A DNA stretch of 64,000 nucleotides from Octopus bimaculoides (taxonomy: Eukaryota): contig NC_069003.1 of NCBI RefSeq assembly GCF_001194135.2, positions 1,599,598 through 1,663,597 of the forward strand, read 5' to 3'. This document shows, one piece after another, positions 24,641 to 38,870 of this stretch (position 1 is its first letter; each line of letters begins with the position of its first letter). Under the pieces are notes generated by a model, which searched no databases, had not been told where the DNA came from, and saw only the letters and a program-made list of their open reading frames with translations. Position numbers and translations under genes: made by a program.

Positions 24641-25412
24641 AACAAGACCTAGCATAGTATACACAATATGGCCCTGCTTTCTGCAGAAAATTGCACCCAT
24701 AAAAGGACGCCTGAAGAATAACAGGATCGATAACAAAATTACTTGCAGATCACGGCACCTCTTTGAAATTGATGTGTTTGTGAAGCGATGTAAAGTCAAT
24801 ATCAACACTGTCATATCTTCATGTTTACATCACTGATCTGACGATTTGGGATGTGGTTTCCAGGAGGAGAGGTGGCTGTTCTATTTTCCACGTAAAGATT
24901 ATGTAGATGCTCTATCATTACCTCCGCCTTACTTTATCTGCTTACGGCCGACCGCCAAATGCGATGGAAGCCTCGTTGCCTGACATATTCATCCACCTTC
25001 ACCTCCAACCGATTTGGGAGGGACACTGCTCTGTGACCGCCGGAGATGATTTTGAGAAGGTAGATTTGGCCGTTGATGAAGCCAAATTCCGATCTTGATC
25101 TCGCTGAAGCGAATGATCTTTGAGACCCAGTTGTTCCTCCCGGATTCTGAATAATAGGCCTCTCCAACTGAGAAGACGGCGAAGGATGCGGACTTCAGTG
25201 ATGTAGATCACAGCCTCAAATCAGGATTTTGGTATGACGTGAGACCAATATATATGCAAAATGAGGTATGGTAATTCTATATGTTGGTAGATAGATTCAG
25301 ATATGGCAGAGTCACACTTAATTGCATACTAACACATACATAATTGCATGGGAGCACATACATATCTAAACAGATCAATCTTATATGTACTCTCTCTTTC
25401 TCACAGACACAG

Positions 25413-25445
<33 letters not shown>

Positions 25446-26510
25446 CTCACACACACACGCATGTATCTATAATAATAGACAATATTCTAGATAGGTAAGC
25501 AAGATTCACAGACAGTGATATAAATTGGTACTTTGATAAATATATAAGATAACCTATATTTTAAATAGTTCCAAATCGTTAAAAAAGAGAAAATAGAATA
25601 TCTGGCTTGCTAATTATCATCTGATAGCAGTGTTTTGTATTTGATGTATCAAATATGCAATATTAATAATACATTTTTTTTTCATATGTTGTTTGACATC
25701 GAATAAATTACATGACGTTACATATGCTGCAAAAAGAGGTGGGTAATTTACATTAATAATTTGACTGCATAATTCATAGCTTCCTGCCAAGATATTCGGA
25801 TGGAGGAGGGTACGACTTGTCTTAGAGACATATATATTGTAAGAAATCATATCATATTTTTATACGTTTGTTGTGTTAATTTTATGTATGACACTTGTAT
25901 GAATCCAAATCTATATGTATGCGCATAAGAATGTATTACTGTATTTCTACATCTGCATATTTATACATATTCACAGACACATATATATATATATATGCTC
26001 ATGTATATATATATATATATATATATTGTTGTATGTATATGTGTGTCTAGCTCTGTGTATGCATGAGAAAGTGTGTATGTGTATAGTTCGAAAAGTTAGC
26101 CTGTGCCTGTGTTTTGGCTTTTCTCGTGGAATAGTAATCTAGCAACAAATAAATATAAAGCAAGTAAGATTTAAATATGAATAAATATCAGATGTAAATG
26201 GCAAGCCATTGTGAATGTAAGCGTCACTCTATCATTTAATCAATTGTCTCTATCAGCGTGTGGCAAGACATTCTTCTAATGGCTGTTTAGTATCAATCGC
26301 ATTGCTTCTTTGTTCACTCTAAAAGCAGTTTGATTCTCGTATGAAATATATACGAATTTTTAATATCTTTAATATAGTCATTCTTGTTTTATTTGCGATC
26401 AAATTAGACTAACTATGAAAGGAATTGGTACATTTTCTATAGTGATTCTGACGACACTTGATTTCGAGATAAAATGCTTGAAGTTCCCAACTAAGTCCTT
26501 ATCACCAATA

Positions 26511-26732
26511 TACGCGTGGCTGCTGGAAAGTTTTCTGGCTTTAAGTGCGTCGCGAAAAGTTTAGCTGGAGGTACAACATTCTGAGTTCTTTTACAAGGCT
26601 TAGAAAAAATGAAGGACATCTGTATTAAGTGTGTCAAACTTAGAGGAGAATATGTTGAATAAAATCATAATTATCTGAGCCTCCTCTATTTTCTTTTACC
26701 CAAAGCCAGACGATTTTCATCACCCCCTCGTA
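26511..26732 (+). mobile_element. Complete mariner-derived MITE (about 220 bp) with terminal inverted repeats and TA ends
   Basis: Left end tacgcgtggctgctggaaagttttctggcttt versus reverse-complemented right end tacgagggggtgatgaaaatcgtctggcttt. The interior encodes LLQGLEKMKDICIKCVKLRGEYVE*, like the mariner transposase C-terminus. Confidence 0.88.
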
Positions 26733-27737
26733 TAAGGTAACATTGAGCAGACGATTAAAGTCATTTCCTCCCATTTATGTATAGATATGTTGTTGTTGCA
26801 ACAAGATTTATATATATTTTATATATATACCTTTACATTAAGTTTCCTGAGCCTTTGTGTACGCGATTCAGCAGTTATTTTATTATAATTAATCTCTTCT
26901 GTTTTCATTACTTTAAAGTCAATCAATTTTCATAATAAAGAATGTTTCTACCATCTGAACATTCTCGGGTATCGTATACATATTTTTCCAGTTATTTCTT
27001 ACAGTCGCTGTTTGTAGAATGAATATTATGCTTCACTGAAAACGATACCAGAATTTGAGTCGTATCTCGACATATCATTCTTGACTGCCGGTGTAATTAA
27101 AAATCGTATTTTTCATTGCCAAATACAATTCTCTCAGGGAATATTTATTTCTAGTTTGTCTTTTTTAATTCTTCCATGCATTAAATATGTTGGCATTAAC
27201 TTGACAATTTAACATATGTTTATATCTTACTGGTGCATTCCACTCCACTTGCTACAACCCGTTAGGATTTCGGTGATGACATTAAAATCTAAATAATTTG
27301 TAATGTGGCATTTAATTCTTTGACAGATCAACATGAAAACAGTATGATAGGGAGCCTAATTAACAAAAGCATATGTTAGACATTATTTTGGGTCCACAGC
27401 AGTAGTTCGCAAGAAAAATAATAAGGATATGTAACTGAGGGAGTTGTATTGTTTAAGGTTTCCATTTTTTTCTAGAGGTTAATGTCTGATATTTTTCTAA
27501 CATCAACATTTGAATATATCTATCTATCCCCCCATTTACATACGCACACACAAAGACACACACACACGTACGCATAATGCCTATATACATGCATATAAAT
27601 ATGAATATGAATATATACATATATATATATAAATAATAAATTATTCAGTTANNNNNNNNNNNNNNNNNNNNNNNNNNNNNNNNNNNNNNNNNNNNNNNNN
27701 NNATATATATATATATATATATAGATATGTGTGTGTG

Positions 27738-27800
27738 TGTGTGTGGTAAGTAGCTTGCTTACCAACCACACGGTTACGAGCTCAGTCCCACTGCGTGTCA
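27738..27800 (+). mobile_element. SINE family B head fragment
   Basis: gtgtggtaagtagcttgcttaccaaccacacggttacgagctcagtcccactgcgtg. Confidence 0.8.
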
Positions 27801-29154
27801 ATTTGGTTACGAATCAGAACAATTTCGACGTTGATCGTCTTCTCCTTGTGACAAAGAATCTAGCGTCGGCAGAAGCCCCGGTCCGAGAATCGGGCACTGC
27901 AGAGGTGACTAATCCAAGATTTCCCCATGCAACATAATTCCACACACTTTTCATCATGCCCACGAAATAAAGCTGGGATTTTTCATGCCATAATATTGCC
28001 GCTCTTACCGCTTCGACTACTCATGTTTTGCTTCTTATTTGATGAAAGACATAATGGTTGGGTAATTGAGGAATTTGTTTTCGAACTTCCAGTTGTCACG
28101 TTCGAGTTTTGCAACTTCTAGCTTTGATGTCCGAGCTTAGTGTTGCATGCAAATTAAAACACTTCGGCTGAAATTTCCAATGTGGTAATTTCGTGGAAAC
28201 GTGTCACTGGAAAAATTTATAGAATTAAGGGCAAGTTTTTAGATATCGCCAAATTTATGACGAAATTATCATTTGGTAAGAATTATCCCATAAGTTTTTC
28301 AAATTTCGAAATATATTTTAGCACTAAACTTGAAAAATTATGTTCCATACATCTTCGTCATTTACTATCCAGAAATTAGCGGAATATTTCAGGTCACTGC
28401 CACCCTATTTCCACCCCTATCTCTTCATATTCCATCGCTAAATTCGCCGACGTCTCTCTCATTTTCTCTACGCCCTTCCCTCTCCACTGTATATGAATAT
28501 ATAAATATAAATCTAAATATAGAGATATATATAAGTATCCATACTTATAGATATATATAACCATGTATGTATACATATGTTTTTATACATGCATAAATAT
28601 GTGTGTATGTATGTGCATGTATATATGTATATATCATATGATATATTTTGTTATACATACATATGTATAATACATGTACATTTATATAAGCATGTATATA
28701 TTGGTGTGTGCATATATACATATAATCTCATTCTGCCTATGTTTTCATTTAATCAACTTGTTCAGCTACAAACAATCAAGATAGAATAATGAAAACAATA
28801 AATAAAGACGCGAAAAGTAGGGGAGAATGAAGAAAAAAAAAGTAATGAAATATATAAATAGAGATATGTGTGTCTAAGCCTGTAGATAGGATTGACATTG
28901 GGAAGTAGCGACATCTGTCGAGTAAATAATGAGTAGAAAGTTGAGTATGAAATCTAGTGTGATTCCCAGTCGCCACCATTGTTAACAAGCGGAAATGTTA
29001 ATCCTCACGTATATATAACACACACATGCGCCTGTGTATGTATATGTATATATATTATTCTGTGCATGTGCGCGTTTGTATGTATATGATATATATATAA
29101 ATATGTGTATGTATACGTATAATTAAATATATAAGTACACTCAAGCATCCATAA

Positions 29155-29205
<51 letters not shown>

Positions 29206-29659
29206 AACATATATATTATACTTTTTATATATACACACACACGCACACGGACATACANNNNNNNNNNGCACACGGACATACACACACATACACGCAAGCA
29301 CATGCATTTCATACTCTTTCTATGTCAGCATTATGTTGTGTACATGCTCGCATATATACTTAAGTAACTGGTGTAATGAAAATTAATTATAAAATTATTT
29401 ATACACTTGCATACAATCAACATCTTACGGGTTGCTTGGTACGCAATTGTTCGGTGAAGTTTTCTATTAAAACGTTTGCTTATAATTTCGCATAAGTTCA
29501 ACAGATGTTTACACCTTAACCAAATAAAGATCGTATTAGTGTGTCGTTGGCTCAATTGGAATCTTGATGTCAAATACCGCCTGCAATTTCTTCCTTAGTG
29601 TTCAAATAATGCCAAGTCCTGTGGGGTTTTTCATCGCTCTTCTGTATCTCTCCATTCAT

Positions 29660-29985
29660 CTTTTACTTGTTTGTGTTTAAGTCATTAGACTACCGGGATG
29701 CTGGGGCGCTGCCTTGAAGAATTTTTAGTCGAACGTATTGAACCCTGTACTTTTTAAAGCCTGGTGTTATTCTATCGTTTTGTTTGCCAAACCGCTAAGT
29801 TGCAGGATCATAAACACAGACGCACATATACGACGGGCTTCTTTCAATTTCCATTTAACAAATCCACTCACAAGGCTTTGGTCGGCCCGAGGCCATAATA
29901 GGAGACATTTGCCGAAAGTTCCACGCAGTAGGACTGAACTCGGAGCCCTGTGGTTGGTGAGCAAGCTTTTTGCCACACAGCCACA
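29660..29985 (-). mobile_element. Near full-length SINE family B copy
   Basis: The reverse complement runs from the head (gctgtggctgtgtggcaaaaagcttgctcaccaaccac) through ccgaccaaagccttgtgagtgg...gaaagaagcccgtcgtat to the 3' cttagcggtttggcaaac...gatagaata segment. Confidence 0.82.
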
Positions 29986-30359
29986 GCGGTCTTCTACGAT
30001 GCCCAGCTCACTGATCGTGTGTACTAAATTTCATTGACAATGAATTGTTCAGCGATTAAATTCATTGGTAGATGATATTTGCGTCAAGTGTCGCATAATG
30101 CGTCCTGCTCAATATCACGTGATAGCAAAGTATCCTTTTTTTAAACACAGTCATTGTTCGCCTATCTACAGCAAAAAACGTTTGACGAATTGCACCATTC
30201 TGTCGTTTTGAACTAAAAAAAAGATTATTTGCTTAAAATGCATGTAACGGATTTTGTGCGGTGCTCTATTGATCACCAATCCTACTAAATCAAGTGCCAC
30301 AAAACTTCATTAAAAACAAAAGTAACGATAGAAATATTAAGCGAAATACTAAATAATAA

Positions 30360-30382
30360 TGATCAGAAATATGATCGCTCTA

Positions 30383-30430
<48 letters not shown>

Positions 30431-30560
30431 GCAACGTCGACGCTGGCCGTAGCGACCACGACGAAGACGGTGATAAAGTGTATGTTCATGGAAACGATAA
30501 CGATAATGGCGATGATTATAATGATGGTGATGATGAATACGATGACGATGATGATGACGA
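30360..30560. repeat. (ATG/GAT)n microsatellite
   Basis: Directly visible. Source of the poly-Met, poly-His and poly-Ile ORFs. Confidence 0.92.
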
Positions 30561-30919
30561 TGATGATGAATATTATAATGATAGTGGGCTGATTCACTGA
30601 ATAACTCCACTTCATTTATTTCTTTCCTTCATTAAATGTACGAGATGTTTATTATTATTTTTTGCCTTTATTGTTTTGTTTATGCTCCCATACACTCGCT
30701 TCTACATCACCATTCATATCTGTGTATTTTATTATTATCATTATTATTTTTATTATTATTGTGTTTGTCATCATCATCATCATCATCATCATCATAAATA
30801 TCCTTTATTTTTCATTGCTTTTTCGTTTTCTTGTCTGGTAATTTTTTTTTCTAATACCAATAATGATCGGTGCTAACATCAAAAGTTGTCCTCAATTAGT
30901 GCGTCTTTAGATCTTTGAC

Positions 30920-31420
30920 CAATGACCGTCGCAATAAGCAATGGGGTGTGTTGGGATAGTATGCGGTTCGATGCTTCGTTGAGATTAATATTTCACAGAC
31001 CAATTTCAGCAAGAATTGAAAGATTAAAGAAAAAAATGCCCACATAAAATACATAAAAAGCACTGAAGACGTGATCTTTGAAGCGTCAACACTTAAAACT
31101 TAACACCACTGATGTCTAGATGTCTCAGTGTTGTTTTATAGCTTTAGAAATTTTGCAGAGGTTGTGGGGTGCCTCGAATTCTATGTATATACATGGTATA
31201 GTGAGAAAAGGCTGGGCAGTACCCATGACCGTATTCAAGGCCTCTGCGTCTGTTTCGAAAGAGCGGAAGTTATTCTCAGTCCAGAATTATGTGATATCAA
31301 TCAGAAATAATGAATGATACATGAGAAATATAAACACGGAAGTTGAAGCAAGGGTATCTGTCTCTATGGGGTCAACTACTGAAAATTGTAGCGATACTGC
31401 ACTCGCTCCCTTTCGTAAAT
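30920..31420 (-). mobile_element. Highly decayed RTE-like LINE fragment (pre-RT linker)
   Basis: WTENNFRSFETDAEALNTV...EFEAPHNLCKISKAIKQ resembles the RTE motif W.EHF...DEEA....ELDAPP..EEV.KAIKQL, with several in-frame stops. Confidence 0.45.
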
Positions 31421-31727
31421 CCTACCGCAACCTCTTAAATAAAGCCACCCAAATCAGTGAATATATTCGTAGCTAAACAACGTTTTTGTATAGTATGTTT
31501 CTCTTTGATTATTGCCACTCACATTGTTGTCTGTTGAGAATCCAATGGGTTTCCTAACATGCTAAAACTACCAGCAAATTAAGTATTCCCCAAATACAAC
31601 TTACTGGTTTGAAGGAACAGAGCGGATGCATTTAAAAACAATTGATATTCTAGGAAGAAAAATCGACTTCATCAGTGGAGAAATATATTTGAGCAGTTCA
31701 ATAGGCTTTAATAGCGATACAGCTGGA

Positions 31728-31895
31728 AAGCGGCGAGGTGACAGAATCGTTAGTGCGCCGGACAAAAAGCTCCGCGCCATTGCGCCCTTCTTCATGTTCT
31801 GAGGTGGACTTTCTCTTTCATCTTTTCGTCGTCAATAAAAAAAGTGCCATTTGAGTACNNNNNNNNNNGGGGTCGATGTAATGGCCTTAACCACA
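31728..31895 (+). mobile_element. Degenerate SINE family A copy spanning a 10-N gap
   Basis: aaagcggcgaggtgacagaatcgttagtgcgccggac...tttcatccttt...ggggtcgatgtaat. Confidence 0.72.
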
Positions 31896-31904
31896 CACAC
31901 ACAT

Positions 31905-31951
<47 letters not shown>

Positions 31952-34239
31952 CAGTGAGTATGATGTAAGGAAAGCATATCAATAAGTCTCTGTAAGAAAC
32001 TCGTCGTGATGTTCTCACAGAAACTAATCAAATAAGAAACTTATAATAAAGGAAGTGATGTCGCTCATTCATAGCCATTACAAAGTTTATTAACACGAGT
32101 AGGATTACCAGTTACCATTCTTAAAGAACAAAGTTGTCTACGAGTCAATTCCTATTCTAATAGTCCTTCCGTAATCAGTCAAAACACAATTATAAGCACC
32201 GTCTTGCCAAATTATTATCGATCTTGCACATTTATCTATTATGCAGCTGTCATTTGCTTTATTCTAAAGTTGTTTACAATGTATTCGACGCATATTATTT
32301 CTGGGTGAAAATAAATAAATATTTTCCACTACGTAACCAATGAAGGAGCGTTTCCAACAGGAATTCTATAACAATTCTTAATATAATAAATATAGACCGA
32401 TCAAGAGAGGCATTGGAACGCTTAAAGCAACCGTATGACATGAATCAAGCGCCATGCACAACCAGCAAGGCTTACAATCGATGTCAATCACGTATTGGCA
32501 AGCGGATATTTCATGACGCAAATCCCCTCAGCCATACTAAACTCAACAGTGGATCGCGCGTAAGCATTTCACAGCGATTATAAAGGACGAAATCCACATA
32601 GGCTGCTTTGAACATGCATTGTTTTCAAATCTTGCAAGTTGAGTCAGAATAGCGTTTGAGAGTAGGTCATCTCTATTATAGTATATGCACACATACTTGA
32701 AAACACGTATGCATAGACATAAGTATACATGCATATTTACAGACACACTTATACATATATATATATAAATATACATATATACATTTGTATGTGTATGTAT
32801 CTATGTATCTCTTTCTTTCCCTCACTCCCTCCCCCCTCTCTCTCTCTCCTGTGTCTCAAGTAAACATGTTGAAATTGATTTGTAAATAAAACAGGTTAAT
32901 TTTCTCTTACCTAAACATGCTGTTGCTCTCTACTGTAAATTTACATTTACACATAATTGGTTTCCAGCTCACCTCTTTCTTTCTGGCACTCCTTGCATTA
33001 CCATTATCTAACCCATTCAACATGTTCAGTTAATTTTAACTAATCTTATACCATGTATCAATGGCAAATTTTGTAGCTTCATATGAAAGTGCATTATCAT
33101 AGCGTAGGTTGACGGTGTTCTTTCCGTGCGGCACTCTTTCAACTTCTTACATACTCAGGTTTTCACCTTGTCAACCACTCTCCTCCTGTTATACACCAAT
33201 ATTTTTAATTGCACACAAAACAACACTTAATGTTATGACACTACCAGTCTTTCTCTCTAACATTTTCCATTCAGTTAAAACCAAAGAACCACATGTCAAA
33301 CACGCACTCGTTCTAAAAGCACGGACTCCGACAACTTCCCATGTGAAACGGCAAATCTTGCAGCTTTAATAGCAAAAAGAAACACCCCAAATTTGTCATC
33401 ATCCCACAGTTCCTCATTTAATCTTGATCACTATTCAAAGAATACCTCGTACTTGCACTGAAAACTGGGTTTCACTAAGAACAAAGGTATAATCAGGTGA
33501 ATAGTGGCCTAATGGCTGGTGAAAATCGCGCGTTGCGTAGATCGCACGGTTTTGGTGTACTCTAGGAAGTCCGACGGGTCGAGAATTCCGGATTGTTCTT
33601 CTATGATTTTGAGATTATGTGGATCACCTGATGAATAACATTTTTGACTATGGTGAGATGTATTCACCCATCAAATAATAAAAAAAAGCGTAAGAAACAG
33701 CTGTAATACACTGGCATTTATCCATCGTCTGTTGTTCTCTAACTTCTCTCTATCTCTCTTTCTATTACATACTATTATCTGTAGGTATGAGTGTTTATCT
33801 GTGTGTATGTGTGTGTGAATAGATTAATGGATGGATGGATGGATGGGCGGATTGTTGGATGGATGTATAAAATGAGGAAATTATTCTGGGTAAATACAGG
33901 ACCTAGTTAAGATGAAAATAAGATCTCTCAGTTGAATAACCCAGGTAAATATATCGATGAAAACACGAAAAGCATAATTTACAACTCCTTTAAATAATCT
34001 CCTCGCATGTATTTGATAAACAGAATGGCTACCTCGATTGATGCAATGTAGATATATCTACGCATTCTAATAATGTAATAGTTTTATTGGCAACCTTATC
34101 AGTTATACGGAGGAGAGGATAGCAATGCAGTTTTAACTGTAAACCAGAATAAGATATCTCTAACATTTAAACACTTAACACATAAATAATTCGTTTCCTT
34201 GTCTTGGATTATTTTTGTTCCGATATAGAAGTGTGTATC

Positions 34240-34312
34240 CCACGCAGTGGGACTGAACCCAGAACCATGTGGTTGGTAAGCAAGCTAATTATCACACAGC
34301 CTCTCCTGCACC

Positions 34313-34315
<3 letters not shown>
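34240..34315 (-). mobile_element. SINE family B head
   Basis: ccacgcagtgggactgaacccagaaccatgtggttggtaagcaagcta...cacacagcctctcctgcaccta. Confidence 0.85.
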
Positions 34316-34359
<44 letters not shown>

Positions 34360-34900
34360 CATTGATATATGTGCACTAATCTTGACGTCGACTCACATGC
34401 ATACACACACACACACACACACACACACTACGCAGACACACACGCCTGCACAGTTATACAGATGCACATGCAAGTAGCAAGACACGAACGGCAGCAGGCG
34501 TTCACTTGTAAACGTCCATATATTTGTCAAACCTGTCGCCTAGTTTCCCTTTTAGAGACGTAGGCAGTTACATATGAAGTCATTGCTACAAATGATTACC
34601 TTCATACATAAAATTGTGTTCAGATGTTTGTGCAGATGCATACGAAATGAAATGCGGAATTTCCTGTGTATAAATATAATGGAGAATGCATGAATATTAA
34701 TATATATATATATTAATAATAATATTAGGGACAAAATCCAAAATTACAGGTAAAAAACTCAATTAAAATCAATTTATAAAAAATTAAAATTAAATTGAGC
34801 CTTATAGATAAAGTATATATTAAATATATATTAAATTTATTGTGCTTTTAATTATTAATTTTTCATCGATGAGTTCTTGAAAATTGGTTATTTTCCCTAA

Positions 34901-34934
<34 letters not shown>

Positions 34935-35009
34935 TTTGGGTATACCTTTGGGTAGAGCAAGTTAACAGTTGCTAATCTGTAATAAGTTACGCTGTCCTCC
35001 AAAAGAATT

Positions 35010-35048
<39 letters not shown>

Positions 35049-38000
35049 CGCACCATATGCATATATGTATATGTAAATATATACATGTACATATACATAC
35101 ACACACAGATATATATATATATACATATAAATTTATATACAAAGATAGGTGTATAGATAGATAAAGAGACAGACATACATACAAACATATGCGCGCACAC
35201 AGAGACACACGCACACACACACACACGCACACAACACACATACATATATATATGGACGCACCTCCACACACCCACACATCCACGCACACTTACATACACA
35301 TTATGACACTGGCGTATATGTCTGCAGACATGTCAACGCAATGAAGTGAATACACTTAGAGACAGGCTGACAGTCTGAGACACCGACATCTTCACAGATT
35401 TATAATGAGAAAAAAAGAAAAAAAAAAAAGAAAGCAAGGAAGAAATTCTATTCGGACAGTGATTTTGTGAACATTTATTTATTCGTTTATGTATTTTTTT
35501 TTTCCTGTATTCAATGACAGATAGGAATGTAATTAGAAACTTTGACACTCATTAGCTTAGTGTCATATGCAAATCATTTCATACGGATTATTTCATCAAG
35601 GAAGAAAATATATCTCTCCTAATTAAATAAAGCCAAAAAAAAAAAAAAAGTGAAAAACAGAAAGAACGAAGGAAAGGACGAAAGATAAGAGGAAAGAAAG
35701 AAGGAATGAAAGAAAGAAAAAAGGAACAAATAAAGAAAGAAAGAAAAAATATGGGAAATATATATATATATATTTATATTGTTGTTTTTACTGTTTATAA
35801 TTTTGTATCGGGAGCAGATGTCTTTTGTTTATTTGAATTTTGTTTCTAGTCATGCTTTCTTTCGATGTTGTTCAGTCCTGTTGTTGGTCTTGGTGTTGTT
35901 GTGGTTATTATTACTGTTTAGTTTCAGGTCGACCCTGATCACGCGGAGCTTCAAGCACAGGCATAACTGCCATGCATTTTTACCCTTTTCCTTGCGCTAT
36001 CGATTATCTCCAACTTCAATATTCAATATACCCCTTTACCTTCTCAAACGGGTGCCATGAAATCGAACGACATGTTGTAGCTATCTCTTGTATTTTAAGC
36101 TACCATATAGACACTCCTATATTCAATTGAATTTCCTGTAAGGACCCCTAATTTGCAATATTGTCAAATAATCATTCTTTAACATTTTGACCCCCAATTT
36201 TCCTGGAATAAAATTCTCACCAATATCGATCGGTTGTTTGATCCTTCACCAAAGATCGATAACATAAATGCTAGTTACTGATTGATTGAAGAAAAAGTTA
36301 TCGATAATTTCTAATTGTCTAAATGTGATTAAAGCAGAACTGACTTAAATTATTTGGTCATTGGATGAAAACCCTTTCTCTGTGCGTTTTTCTGTTCTGA
36401 GATCAAATCTTGTGGGAGACAGGTTTTCATTTCATTCGTACAGTCTCGATAAAATAATTTATGAATATTAATTTTTGGTTCGGCGGGAATTTGAAAACGA
36501 TGGACAAATTGCTTTTTGCGTTTATTTCTCTTCTTCCCGTTCCGTGAACACAGACAAGATAATATTTTGTATAACGTACTCGACGAAAAGCAAATGTACT
36601 AGAAATGTGTATGAAAATTCATGGCACTCGGAAGCAGGGTGCTTATGCTAGTTCATCTCAAGTGTGATTGAATAGAAAAACAAATGAGTGGTCGGTGTGT
36701 GACTTTGTTAAACCTCAGCTCAGAAATTATGTATATTAACGAAATTCCAAACGAAGTTCTCGTTTAGTCTTTGTTTCAAACCATATTAACTAATTCTATT
36801 GATGCCTACCCTTCCAAATGGGAATAGGGTACGATTAAAATTACTACAAGCTGGTTCTAAATGTTGGTGCCCTGGTTAAGTCACCAACGAATGTTTGAAA
36901 TCAGAGATAAAAGGCAATATTCCAAAGCATTTGAAGAAACTGTGGCGGAATTCCATAAAACTGAAAGATATCTTACCATAACGCTCATTGTTCAATGGTA
37001 TTTAAGTATACAAACAATTATGGACAGAGATGCAACACATTCGCTCATAGATATGAATAAATACAGTGCCAAAAGAACATAAATAATGTAAATGGTACCA
37101 AAAAGAACATTCACAAAAACATTATGCTCCAAGATTTAAATTGATAAAAAAAGAAAGGAAGAAAAACGAGTAATCATGTAACCGGATAAGAATTTGATCT
37201 GGGGCGTCAGACATCAAAAAACAGCGCAAGAGGCTATATAAAAATCAAAAGAAAAATCAAATCCGATTAGAGAACATTGATGCAACCGCTGTATCTGACA
37301 AAAATCCTCGCTAAATATAGATCAAATAAAACGATAGTGAGTTAAATAAAGAGAATTTTATTGGGCAATGATAGAAATTGAAAATAACTTCGAACGGAAT
37401 AGATTTAGATATCTGTCGAAAAGATGAGGACCTGGCTGAGAAATGAACGGTAGAAATAGCTACAACATCAGACCTAAACTTAGAGTTACAACAAGAAACT
37501 ACATTACAGCAATATATGATGTATACATCTATAAGCGACCTACATACAGTTGTAGTCCACAATAGTTTACTAAAAATACAGAAAAGCCGATAATATGTAT
37601 TAATAAATATCGTAGAGTATTTCCAAAATCGGGACATTATGTAATTCATATATGAATGCAAGCTAACTGCATCGCGTGCCAACAGCGCGTTCAGCGTTTC
37701 AAGTTATGCGCGCTGCAGCCCACTGGAAACTCTTGATACGAATTATCTAAACTAATTATAACAGAAGTATTTAAATAGCGTGTGTGTGTGTGTAGCCAAA
37801 CTTGTTTTGTACATATATTATCAGGGTGATAAAAAGTTCAAAAAAAGTTTCTCCCCAAAATAAGAAAGAACTCAAATTTAAATCGAAAGAGACTGTCATA
37901 GTATATTCTTGTCTGACTAACGATAGCGAATTAAATGCACATATACATACATACACAAATACACGCATAATACATATATACATCTATCTTAATTGAGGTA

Positions 38001-38299
38001 ATGGATCAGGAAAACCCCATGCTAAATATTACTTATTGGCCCGTAAAACCACATCACTTCTGCCAATTAACTTGGGTTCCTTTGACCGCTTGTGACTAAG
38101 GTAGCTTTAGACCTTGCACCTGGTGAGTAGGTAGTGGTGTAACCCTTATTGTGTAATTCTTACTCCCGTTGTTCTGCTCCAGTCTCTCAGCTTGGATATT
38201 TATTCGCATGCATAGCAATCTTAGTTGCTAACTATAGAGACAAACAGACAGATACATACATACATAAATAGACAGACAGACCTTATATAGACAGACATA

Positions 38300-38462
38300 G
38301 AGGCAAATAGAAAGAAAGAAAGATATATACATACATAGATGGGTAGATAGATAGACAGATAGAGAGAGAGATAAAGAGAGAGTGGAAGAGAGAGATAGAT
38401 ACACAGATAGAGAGATGAAGAGAGAGAGAGGAATAGACAGATAAATAAATAGAGAAAGATAC

Positions 38463-38506
<44 letters not shown>

Positions 38507-38515
38507 GGAGAGAGA
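38300..38515. repeat. (AGAT)n/(AG)n compound repeat
   Basis: Directly visible. Confidence 0.85.
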
Positions 38516-38819
38516 GATACGTACACCGTTCGGAGATATGTTTGTATGCATATTTTATACGTATAAATTTTCAAATATGTATTTATGTCTGGAGACAAGA
38601 GACGGAAGATGGTATTAATTCAGTTGGGTATTAAATGAATCAAATGAATTAAATTTACTTATTCGTCTAGAAATGCGTGTAAATAAGTGGAATGAAAAGC
38701 GTCGGAGAATGAATCTTAAAACTAACTTTACATCACATATTACAACGAAATCAACATCATTTACATCATCAGCCATATTAATTTGATAATGGAACGACTG
38801 CTTCTGCCACTACCACTAG

Positions 38820-38870
<51 letters not shown>

